64,000 nt of DNA from assembly GCA_031430695.1 (NCBI GenBank), contig JANPBZ010000134.1, positions 8,683 through 72,682 of the forward strand, written 5' to 3'. The position numbers were made by a program, and so were the translations under genes. The notes below the pieces were generated by a model. That model worked only from the letters and a program-made list of their open reading frames with translations, was not told where the DNA came from and ran no database searches. Below are positions 51,801-56,310 of this stretch, one piece after another. The stretch's first letter is position 1, and each line of letters starts with the position of its first letter. Origin of the DNA: Ilumatobacteraceae bacterium. Its GTDB lineage: Bacteria > Actinomycetota > Acidimicrobiia > Acidimicrobiales > Ilumatobacteraceae.

Positions 51801-54800
51801 GAGCGACCTGGACATGTAGCGCGGCACCGGGATCCTCGTGCGGTGCGCCGTCGGGTAGCGGCTCGATCGACGAGATCGTGACCGTCGGCGTCGGCGGCAC
51901 CCTCACGTACATCGTTGCTGCTTCCGTTTCACCATCTGCCGTGGGAGTGCTCGCCAACACCGTCACCGTCATGCCCGCCCTCGGCACCGGCGACACGAAT
52001 GCCGGCAACAACTCGGCGACCGACGTCGACTCGCTGTCGCCGCAGGCCAACGTGAATGTTGTCAAGACCGACGGAGCAGCCGCGGCTGTGCCGGGCACGA
52101 CGATCACCTACTCGATCATCGTCAGCAACGCCGGCCCATCCGCTGTGTCCAATGCCGCCGTTGCCGATGTGCTGCCGGCAGAGCTCATCAATGCCACCTG
52201 GACGTGCACGGGCTCGATCGGTGGCTCGTGCGATGCGGTCTCGGGCATCGGTGGCATCGTCACGACGGCCGATCTGCAGGCCGGCTCCGCTGTGACCTAC
52301 ACCCTGACTGCCACGGTCGTCCCCGTCGCTACAGGCACCGTGGTCAATACCGCAACGGTGAGCGTGCCGGTGGGTGTCGTCGACTCCGATCTGACCGACA
52401 ACTCGTCGACCGATATCGACAACCTCACTCCTTCGGTCGACCTGTCGATCGCCAAGACAGATGGTGTCACATCGGTGGTTCCGGGGACCTCGACCACCTA
52501 CACGATCATGGTTGCAAACAGCGGGCCGTCAACGGCGGCCGGTGCTCAGATCACGGACCTGTTGCCCGCAGAGCTCATCAATGCCAGTTGGGGGTGCACC
52601 GCTTCGGGCGGCGCGACGTGCGGCACCCCCAGCGGCTCTGGCGACGTATCGCTGCTGGCCACACTGCCGGCCGGCGGATCACTGACGATCGATGTCGATG
52701 CCGATATCGACCCGACCGCCACGGGCTTCGTCGTCAACACGGCAACGGTCACAGGACCTGTCGGCGTGACCGACACGGACCCCGCCAACGATTCTGCGAC
52801 CGACAGCGATGTACTGACTCCAACGGCCGACCTGTCGATCACCAAGGACGACGGTCTGGCGACGGCATTGCCCGGCGACCCCGTGGCCTATGCCATCGTG
52901 GTCACCAACAACGGCCCGTCCGCAGTCGTCGGCGCGACCGTCACTGATGTGATGCCCGCCGGGTTGTCGGCGGTGACATGGACGTGCAGCGCTTTGCCGA
53001 GTTCGTCGTGCGCGTCCGCTGCGGGTGGCGGGGACATCGCGACCACGGTCGATCTGGCCATCGGTGAGTCGGCGACGTTCGTGATCGACGCGACGATCGC
53101 GATTAGCCAAATCGGTGTCGTGACCAACACCGCGACCGTCGACGCCCCAGTGGGGGTCACCGATCCCAACAGCGCCGACAACATCGCCATCGACACGACC
53201 ATGGTCAACGGGCTCGGCGACGTGTCGATCGTCAAATCCGATGGTGTTGCCACGATCGTTGCCGGAACCTCGACTACGTACACGATCGTGGTCACCAACC
53301 CGGGGCCGTCGCAGATCGACCGCATCCAGGTGATCGACTCGTTGCCGGCTGCATTGATCGGTGCGAGTTGGACCTGCGCGGCGACCGGTGCAGCGTCGTG
53401 TAGCGCAGCATCAGGCTTCGGTTCGATCAGCGAGATGATCGACATGCCGGCCGCGAGCACCGTCACGTTCAGCGTGACGGCCACGGTGTCACCCTCTGCC
53501 AGTGGCACGCTTTCGAATACTGCGTCGGTGACGTTGCCGACTGGCATCGTGGACTCCGACCTGACCAACAATGACTCGACTGATGTCACCGACATCGACA
53601 GGATCGCCGATCTGGCCGTGACGAAGACCAATCACGTCTCGGCGCTCACGCCTGGCAACTCGGTCGGCTACGACATCACCGTCGTCAACAACGGGCCTTC
53701 ATCGGTCAGCGGTGCCACGCTCAGCGATCTCGTTCCCGCCTCGATCACCGGTGTCACGTGGACGTGTACAGCGGGCGCCGGGGCCGCATGTGGAGCGGGC
53801 GCCGGCAGCGGCAACGTGTCGCTCAACCTCGATCTCGCGGTCGGCGCGAGTGTGGCCGTACGCATCACCGGCACGGTGTCGCCGAACGCAGCCGGAACAC
53901 TGACCAACTCCGCAACGGTCGCCCCGCCTGTCGGCGTCACCGACCCCGATGTCGCAGACAACACAGCCACAGATACCGACACGCTCGACCCGGTCGCCGA
54001 CGTGTCAGTGGCCAAGTCGAACGGCGTCACGTCGCAGTCGCCAGGTGCAACGTCGTCGTACACCATCACCGTTGCCAACGCCGGGCCTTCTGCGGCCGCC
54101 GGCGTCACCATCGACGACCCGCTGCCTTCGGGCGTGGCGACTGCCTCGTGGACATGCTCGGCAGCGGCAGGTTCGTCGTGCGCCGCTGCGTCGGGAATCG
54201 GAGCTGTCAACACCACCGTCGACCTTGCCGCGGCCGGAACTGTGACGTTGACGGTGTCGCTGCAAGCCGGCCTGTTCGCTGGCACATTGACCAACACGGT
54301 GACCGCGACCGTGGCAGCTGGAACGACCGACCCCGACCCCTCCAACAACGTCGCCAGTGACACCGACACCTTGGTGTTCACCGCCGACATCGCTGTCACC
54401 AAGGCCGTGTCTGCGGCCGTGGTTGCAGTTGGTCAGGCCCTCAACTACACGGTCGTTGTCTCCAACGCCGGCCCCGATCGGGCGGCGGGCGTCACCGTGC
54501 TCGACACCATGCCTGCCGGCCTGGCCAGCCTCACATGGACATGCGCGGCAACCCCTGGTTCCTCGTGCCCGGCGAATGGCACGGGCGACATCACCTCGAG
54601 CATCGATCTTGCCGCTGGCGGATCGGCCACCTTCACCGTGAGCGCGACGGTGACCAGTGCCGCGCCGAACACCATCGTCAACACTGCGACTGCTGCCGTC
54701 GGGCCCGACACCATCGATCCTGATCCGACGAACAACACGGCCAGTGTGACGTTCGCGGTCGACTTCACCTCGTCGCTGTCGGTGCAGAAGACAGCCACAG

Positions 54801-55984
54801 TCGCAACCGCCCTGCCCGGAGACGCCTTCTCGTACACGATCGTGGTCAGCAATGCCGGCCCAGCGCTGCTCGACGATGTCTCGATCTCCGACCCTGTGCC
54901 GGCCGGTCTCGTTGCGCTCTCGTGGACATGCCTGGGCAGCGCCGGTGGTGTCTGCAACTCGGTCATCGGCAGCGGTTCGCCAGCACTCACTGCCGACCTG
55001 CCATTGGGTGGCTCGGTCACGATCACGTTCAACGTGCAGGTAGCACCGGGTGCCACAGGCTCGATCCTCAACATCGTCACCGCGACGGCCGGCGGGGCCA
55101 GTGGCCAGGTCACCGCGCAGGCAACCGCCAGCGTGGAAGTGAGCCCGGTCGTGCCACCGACCGCGGCACTCTCGATCACCAAGGCGACATCGGTGGCGAC
55201 GTATTCGACGGTCGGCAGCGTCGTCAGCTTCACCCTTGTCGCGAGGAACACCGGCAGTGCCACATTGACCAACGTGACAATCGCCGATCCCAACGCCACG
55301 CTGACGGCGTGCGCGCCGGTCACGCTCGGCCCGGGTCAGACACTGACCTGCTCGGCGGGCCACGTCGTGACGCAGTCCGATCTCGACCGGGGCACGTTGA
55401 GCAACACGGCATCTGTGTCGGGCGTCTCGCCGACCGGCTCCACCGTTGTCGCCACCAGCGCGACCGTGGTGGTACCCGCGCTGCCGATCACGGCTCTGTC
55501 GATCGTCAAGTCGTCGTCGGCGACCGAGTTCGTCAAGATCGGCGACAAGATCTCATACACGATCACAGCCACGAACACGGGCAACGTAACCCTGATCAAC
55601 GTTGTCATGTCCGATCCCAATGCTTCGCTGATCTCCTGCGCCCCGACCAACTTGACGCCGGGGCAAGCCCTGACGTGTACGGCTGTTCACACGGTGACAG
55701 CCGCTGATGTGGCGGCCAAGGTGATCCTCAACCAGGCGTTCGCAACGGCATTGCCGGTGACCGATTTCGAAGTGGTCTGCCCGCTCCTGGGGGCCAGCGG
55801 CCTGCAGTGCCCCAACGGTCCGACGGTCTCGGCCGAGTCCAACACCGTGGTGTTGAACCGGGCTTCGCTACTGCCCAGTACTGGTGGAACGGTTGTCACC
55901 AAGCTGATCGTCGGTGGGTGGCTCTTCGGTGTCGGCGGCCTGCTGCTGCTGGTGACCGGCCGTCGCCGCCGCGCAGCGCGCTGA
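33803..55984 (+). CDS. Giant (about 7,390 aa) LPXTG-anchored cell-surface protein made of DUF11-type repeat modules
   Basis: A single open frame runs 33689-55984. ATG 33803 precedes a signal-peptide-like N-terminus (RWSGLRRSALATALVSGSVVFGTGLFVPSVAAAP). About 51 modules of about 129 aa follow. The C-terminus is LPSTG plus a hydrophobic segment plus RRRRAAR. Confidence 0.9.
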   Translation: MADDRPSSNNASRWSGLRRSALATALVSGSVVFGTGLFVPSVAAAPLCASPPLTGNTTATGVINTYYPGQTSITAGTSNTTVTVGTSRGSATPIAVGDLVMVMQMQGAEINATNTNAYGDGVTSATASGFLNNASFIAGQYEYATVRSVAGAVVGLDGSGTNGGLINNYVNASESATQGQQRFQVVRVPQYSSATLSVATPPAAVAWDGSSGGIVVLDVASDLNLNGATINVTGQGFRGGLQRSRSGTGGLANTDYRTTTAQAANGQKAEGIAGTTKWTTGSADTVGDGYPNGDFGRGAPGNAGGGGTDGDPASNSENSGGGGGGNGGAGGVGGNTWSSNLARGGHGGAVVPGTASRVFLGGGGGAGSDNNAVLSSSGGAGGGMVLVRAGSLSGTGTINADGAAGNVSGQDGSGGGGAGGSIVVLTSLTGAASGISGLTARARGGAGGNETHADQHGPGGGGGGGRVITAAATASTVVTAGANGTHVPTSSAYGATSGSAGASSATAVVGDAPGTNTGSQCIDASVTKSTNPTPVIPGQTVTYTVVATNDGPYPRTGTAPIVVTDTLPAGLTSATWTCSASAGSNCTASGSGSLSTTANLEVGDSATYTITATLASTFTGTLSNTATVAGPATIPELNATNNSATSAVLAEPRANLGITKTDGVAAEVPGTNAVYTIVASNAGPSTATNALITDSLPAGTISGSWTCAAGSGGTCGAASGTMPMSTTATLSPSGTVTYTVTVAVSSTATGSLANTVTIAAPAGTVETNSANNVATDTDNLTPTADLSISKTDGLTTIDAGTGLTYTIALSNAGPSAITGATVTDTFPASLTGATWTCAASAGSSCPASGSGSISASVNVLAAGSVTFTVTATVVSTATGTLSNTATVALPGGATDPTAANNTATDTTTITRRADVSITKTDGAATEVPGTSVTYTIVAANAGPSAAIGTSVTDTLPASLTGATWTCTATAGSTCPASGSGNISTTVDLLPSGSATFTLTATIASTATGSLANTATVAVAAGVTDPAAGNNSATDTDTLTPTADLSITKTDGVTGEVPGTAVTYTIVASNAGPSTATAATATDTLPAVLSGGTWTCSASVGSTCPASGSGNINASVTLAPGGTATFTLTATISSSATGSLANTATIAAPASVTDPTPGNNSATDVDTLTPTGDLSITKTDGVATAIPGQSVTYTIVATNAGPSVITAATVADTFPASIAGATWTCSASAGSSCPASGSGNINANVNLAVAGTATFTVTAPISPTATGSLVNTATIAAPAGSSDPSGANNSATDTDTLTPTADLSITKTDGAATEVPGTPVTYTIVASNAGPSAASGSNVADTFPAALTGATWTCSAGGGATCPASGSGNISATVDLPVGGTASFTVNGTVAAGATGSLTNTATVSVGAGITDPAPGNNAATDTDTLTPTADLLITKTDGATTEVPGTSVTYTIVASNAGPSTITAATVTDTMPASLSGVTWTCSASAGSSCPASGSGSISASVTLVSGGAATFTVTGAISATATGSLANTATVALPGGATDPTPANNSATDTDTLTPTADLSITKTDGSATEVPGTAVTYTIVASNAGPSAVTAATVADTMPAALTGVTWTCSASSGAACPASGSGDINASVDLPVGGSATFTVSATISASATGNLVNTATVAAPGGVTDPTPANNSATDADSLIPTADLSITKTDGVVTEVPGTAVAYTIVATNGGPSAVSAATIADTMPAALTGVTWTCAGASGGTCPASGSGNINVSVDLPVGASVTFTVSATISTSATGTLVNTATIAPPAGVTDPTPANNSATDTDTLNPTADLSITKTDGSATEVPGTAVTYTIVAGNSGPSAVIAATVADTIPATLNGATWTCVPAGGGSCAASSGSGNISTTVDLPVGATATFTISATVVATTTGNLVNTASITAPGGVTDPTPANNSATDTDTLNPTADLSISKTDGVASVIPGQSTTYTVVVGNAGPSTAVNAPVADALPAGATSGSWTCAASVGASCGAASGSMPIATTVTIAAGATATYNVVVAVSSTATGSLTNTSTVQAPAGVTDPVSADNSATDIDSLTPTADVSISKTDGLTTVVPGANVTYTVVASNPGPSTVTGATVSDTIPAALSGATWTCSASGGSTCPATGSGDLAASVTLAPGGSTTFTISATVVASATGTISNTATITLPGTVTDPTPANNSATDLTTVTPQTDLTITKTDGTPTAVPGQSTTYTIVVTNTGPSSVTGAAVTDTMPAGVTTMNWSCAGSGGGSCPAAGSGSISDNVDLPVGASVTYTVTVAVAAGATGTLTNTATVAAPLGVTDTNAANNTATDVDTLTPRADLAVTKTDGVASVIPGQSTTYTVTVTNAGPSDAPNTVVTDATPVDASFTSWSCSPSAGAACSTASGSGSINTSVDLPLGTIVTFVVDAAIDAAATGTLGNTATAAPAPGITDPVVGNNSATDTDTLTPTADLAITKTNLLSTVVPGDPISYTVTASNSGPSSVVGASVVDALPASLTAATWTCAASGGGSCTSSGSGSINETVNLPVGATVIYTVDGVVASAAIGSIDNTATVGVPVGVTDPVVGNNSATDSDPLTPEVDLSITKTDGLAIADPLDAVTYTIVVSNDGPSSVSDAQVVDLIPAALLGATWTCASGVGGNCDLAGPVAGDINTTVDLAVNGSVQFTVTATIAGSTIGTVINTATVSAPSGVSETNSADNAATDATAVTSTAALSITKTDGQATDVAGTSSTYTITVANSGPSAVINAAVADALPPALTNATWTCTASGAGNCDDAGPTAGDINSTVDLPSGESATFTVTATVDPSFTGLLSNTATVTAPPGTIDDPSNNSSTDDTTVVAEANLTVAKSDGTVTATPGADTTYTVTVDNAGPSAVVGATVGDVLPAGATAMNWTCAASVGSSCTASGSGSLGDTVDLLPGGQVTYVVIVDIDAAATGLLTNTATATVPPTMTETSPLDNTATDIDSLVAETDLAITKTDNTLAAVPGTAITYTIVATNNGPSDAIGATVADTFPGELNSISWTCVGPCTPAGSGALNDVVGLPVGATVTYTVTATIAASAVGVLSNTATVTAAPGTVDPNPVNDSATDVDTLAAVADLSITKTDGAANEVPGTPVSYTIVVSNNGPSDVVGASVVDTFPLDLANATWSCVAAGGTCPVAGSGDINAVVILAVGGAATFAVTADVAASATGTLTNTATVTAPPATDPNAGNNSATDVDTLSPEVDLSVTKTDNDLVAQPGDSVTYEIVVSNAGPSAVIGAPFTDIVPSSLVGVSWTCAASSGASCPAAGSGNAINTTLSLTPGGTATFTVTATVDAPATGVIANTATIAAPVGVVETASGDNTATDTTSVTPTADLIITKTDGLTSIAAGQAITYTIVVTNAGPSTITDALVTDVLPSALVGATWTCAASAGSSCLDAAGSGDISDLVTLASTGTATFTVSATVAASTPAGTLSNTADVAMPVGSVDPTPANNTATDTTTIERHADLEVTKTDGVSSATPGLAIQYTIVVTNNGPSNVSAATVVDTMPATLIGATWTCSASVGSTCPASGSGDFASLVDLLAGGTATFTVDATVAASALGTLVNTAGATVPSGVTDPVPGNNSSTDTDTLDPVADLSITKDDFSATATPGAPVTYTVVVSNAGPSDVIGATVADVLPATLSGVTWSCSVSGSGSCPASGSGDVNSLVSLTVGATATFTITGTLSAAATANLVNTATVTAPVGVTDPAPADNSATDVDTLARVADLSVTKTDFAATATPGTAVSYQIVATNNGPSDITGAVVTDTPPAELTGVTWSCTATGGASCSNSSGVGAINELADLPVGASVTFTLTATLSPAATVPVANTVQIAVPAGATDPNPSNNTATDTDAIVPVADLSITKTVDLAAALPDDVLTYTIVVANAGPSDISDSLVDDVVPADVVGATWTCAAQAGGNCDLTGPVSGDIAGTVDLVVGGSVSFTVTGTVASTATGTIINSATVAAPAGANDPNPANNTSSASTTINPKADLSITKTDGNVTDVAGTSLQYSIVVTNSGPSTIQDAPVDDVLPAALLAVSWTCSPSAFSVCDDPAGGGDITTTVDLLAGGTATFVIDASIDPAFAGVLTNTASVTMPGVGVDPTPANNSATDLTTIVAEADLSITKTDGSLAATPGGSTVYTVTVSNSGPSTVVGAPVSDAIPAGATAMNWTCLASPGSSCAPSGSGALADTVSLLPGGAATYQATVDISSAATGAFVNTASVAAPIGVTDPAPANNSATDIDTLSPSADLSITKTDGLSNAVPGTSLTYTVVATNAGPSDAVGATINDSLPASLVGSTWTCVGTGGGTCAGAGVGNIADTVNLPTGASVTYSVTAMIDSNATGTLVNTASIAAPIGTTDPDPSDNSATDTDTLTPQSDLFVTKTDGQTNVVPGTPVTYTVVAGNAGPSAVAGATVTDLLSADLLGASWTCAAAGGRCPATGTGNIAANIDLAVGGTATFTISATVSPSATSTLANTVDVAVPSGVTDPMAGNNTATDTDTLNPEADLSISKTDGRISAQPGDAITYTLVAANAGPSAVVGAPVIDALPAGLSAASWTCAPSAGASCPASGSGNINTTVSLPVGATAIFTVTTSITATSGVVANTVQIDAPAGVSDPSTGDNVATDTTSITPTADLSITKTDGLTTVAAGEVVTYSIVATNAGPSPIIGATVADAIPGVLVGASWTCSATVGSTCANATGSGSINELADLAAGGQVTFSITGTVNGSAAPGLLSNTATITMPFGSIDPTPGNNSATDTTVIERRADLSISKDDFTGAAVAGGSTTYTVVVSNNGPSNVFGAAVSDPIPTGVTAMTWTCSATAGASCIVAGTGALATNVNLAAGSSVTFTVVVDIDAAASGLLTNIASVIPPSGVTDPNSANDSDTDVDTVAGVADLTITKDDGSSTATPGSTTTYTMVVTNNGPSNVTGATVTDLQPVGTTFDSWACTATGAASCSDPSGTGSISTTVDLAVGASVTFTVVMAIDSSVTADVTNTATVAAPSGVTDPNSGDNAASDTDTMLLVADLSITKTDGSATVTPGTTVVYSVTASNAGPSDIAGAAVTDLVPAALTGATWTCAGTSGGACTTATGSAPINQSVDLPVGGSVTFTITGVVDPALVGDLVNTATVAAPVGVIDPNPGNNSATDLDTNTPVTDLAVSKTDGLTSALPGDVVTYTVTVSSAGPSDAVGASLIDAVPAVLTGVTWTCAAVNGGCVASGTGSLNESIDVAVGGTVTFSITGTVVGTATGTITNTATVMAPAGANDPNPGDNSATDATTVNPKADLSITKTDGNLSDVAGTTVTYTIEVANAGPSMITGAPVADVMPPALSGATWSCTATAGSVCGGVGGAGDIAATVDLLAGGVATFTVTATIDAAFTGTLTNTATVAMPGPGVDPTPGNNIAVDTTDVVAVADLSVTKTDGVVSEVPGTAVSYTIVVSNAGPSDVVGASVSDVMPVSLSNVLWSCVGVAGGVCSPSGTGDVVDVIDVASGGSVTYSVSGDLAADASGVLVNAVSVVAPGSVTDPDLSNNSASDVDTLVPTADLSVTKTDGVVSEVPGTAVSYTIVVSNAGPSDVVGASVTDVFPATLIGASWTCVAVNGACPASGSGSISELVDLATGGTATFTVTATLSSSATGSITNTATVTPPAGATDPDPTNNSDADTDTLDAVADLSITKTDNDTNARPGDLITYEIVASNAGPSAITGAVVSDAMPAGVFGVSWTCAAGSGATCPASGIGDLNETVDLAVGASATFTVTATVTASVGSITNTAQIDAPAGATDPNTADNVASDTTQVDPLGDLSITKTDGLTSAAPGAGISYSIVVSNSGPSAAAGVAISDTVPPSLSGVTWSCTASPGSACTNATGTGDISELVDLAAGGSVSFMVAATIDADATGVLSNTATVAPPSGFADSDSANNSATDVTDLDPAVDLAATKTDGQVIAIPGTPISYIIVVTNAGPSVAAGSQVLDSLPASLLGATWTCSAAPGSSCGAPSGSGSIDEIVTVGVGGTLTYIVAASVSPSAVGVLANTVTVMPALGTGDTNAGNNSATDVDSLSPQANVNVVKTDGAAAAVPGTTITYSIIVSNAGPSAVSNAAVADVLPAELINATWTCTGSIGGSCDAVSGIGGIVTTADLQAGSAVTYTLTATVVPVATGTVVNTATVSVPVGVVDSDLTDNSSTDIDNLTPSVDLSIAKTDGVTSVVPGTSTTYTIMVANSGPSTAAGAQITDLLPAELINASWGCTASGGATCGTPSGSGDVSLLATLPAGGSLTIDVDADIDPTATGFVVNTATVTGPVGVTDTDPANDSATDSDVLTPTADLSITKDDGLATALPGDPVAYAIVVTNNGPSAVVGATVTDVMPAGLSAVTWTCSALPSSSCASAAGGGDIATTVDLAIGESATFVIDATIAISQIGVVTNTATVDAPVGVTDPNSADNIAIDTTMVNGLGDVSIVKSDGVATIVAGTSTTYTIVVTNPGPSQIDRIQVIDSLPAALIGASWTCAATGAASCSAASGFGSISEMIDMPAASTVTFSVTATVSPSASGTLSNTASVTLPTGIVDSDLTNNDSTDVTDIDRIADLAVTKTNHVSALTPGNSVGYDITVVNNGPSSVSGATLSDLVPASITGVTWTCTAGAGAACGAGAGSGNVSLNLDLAVGASVAVRITGTVSPNAAGTLTNSATVAPPVGVTDPDVADNTATDTDTLDPVADVSVAKSNGVTSQSPGATSSYTITVANAGPSAAAGVTIDDPLPSGVATASWTCSAAAGSSCAAASGIGAVNTTVDLAAAGTVTLTVSLQAGLFAGTLTNTVTATVAAGTTDPDPSNNVASDTDTLVFTADIAVTKAVSAAVVAVGQALNYTVVVSNAGPDRAAGVTVLDTMPAGLASLTWTCAATPGSSCPANGTGDITSSIDLAAGGSATFTVSATVTSAAPNTIVNTATAAVGPDTIDPDPTNNTASVTFAVDFTSSLSVQKTATVATALPGDAFSYTIVVSNAGPALLDDVSISDPVPAGLVALSWTCLGSAGGVCNSVIGSGSPALTADLPLGGSVTITFNVQVAPGATGSILNIVTATAGGASGQVTAQATASVEVSPVVPPTAALSITKATSVATYSTVGSVVSFTLVARNTGSATLTNVTIADPNATLTACAPVTLGPGQTLTCSAGHVVTQSDLDRGTLSNTASVSGVSPTGSTVVATSATVVVPALPITALSIVKSSSATEFVKIGDKISYTITATNTGNVTLINVVMSDPNASLISCAPTNLTPGQALTCTAVHTVTAADVAAKVILNQAFATALPVTDFEVVCPLLGASGLQCPNGPTVSAESNTVVLNRASLLPSTGGTVVTKLIVGGWLFGVGGLLLLVTGRRRRAAR
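35360..55150 (+). repeat. Coding tandem-repeat array, unit about 387 nt (129 aa), about 51 copies by hand count
   Basis: Recurrent ADLSITKTDG..EVPGT.VTYTIVASNAGPS...W(T/S)C...C...TNTATV..P.G.TDP...NNSATD.D.L.P. The anchor tcgatc(a/t)c(c/g)aagaccga recurs at 36161, 36548, 36935, 37322, 37709, 38096 (with ctgatc in place of tcgatc), 38483, 38870 and 39257. Confidence 0.9.
55871..55984 (+). other. Sortase cell-wall sorting signal (LPSTG, hydrophobic span, basic tail)
   Basis: LPSTGGTVVTKLIVGGWLFGVGGLLLLVTGRRRRAAR followed by the stop. Confidence 0.85.
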
Positions 55985-56044
55985 CCGCGCCTCTTCGGCT
56001 GACGGCGTGATCGCAAGTCTGCAGCTGCCGGAGAGCCTACGAGA

Positions 56045-56062
56045 GGAGCTGCGACCAGCTCC
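56045..56062 (+). terminator. Small hairpin downstream of the giant gene
   Basis: ggagctg-cgac-cagctcc (7-bp stem, 4-nt loop) lies 61 nt after the stop. No U-tract. Confidence 0.35.
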
Positions 56063-56092
56063 ATCAGGCAGATCGGTGCCACCTGGTACACG

Positions 56093-56201
56093 GCGTTTGA
56101 TGACTGGCGCCCCGCATCGGGGCCGGAATCGTCAAGCGCATCTGCCTGATTAGTGCGTTTGATGACTGGCGCCCCGATGCGGGGCCGGAGTCGTCAAACG
56201 C
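56093..56201. repeat. Two tandem copies (period 62 nt) of a 47-nt extended stem-loop between convergent genes
   Basis: Copy 1 is 56093-56139 and copy 2 is 56155-56201: gcgtttgatgactggcgccccg-(cat/atg)-cggggccgga(a/g)tcgtcaa(g/a)cgc. The outer stem of about 13 bp tolerates G-U pairs, and there is an inner 6-bp GC stem. Confidence 0.6.
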
Positions 56202-56310
56202 CTCGGCAGCAGCGTCGGGTGCCTGATATGGATCGGGTCCGCAAGGCGGCTCTCGAGGATTTGTCACACCCTCATCCGAAAGGGGGACCGCGCTGACTAC
56301 GTCGCCACGA

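Noticed and set aside
35360-55150. The regular periodic DNA repeats could be mistaken for a CRISPR-like or satellite array.
   Set aside because: The unit is 387 nt, lies in one continuous open frame, and has no short direct repeats separated by unique spacers. No cas genes are present. It is a coding tandem-domain array.
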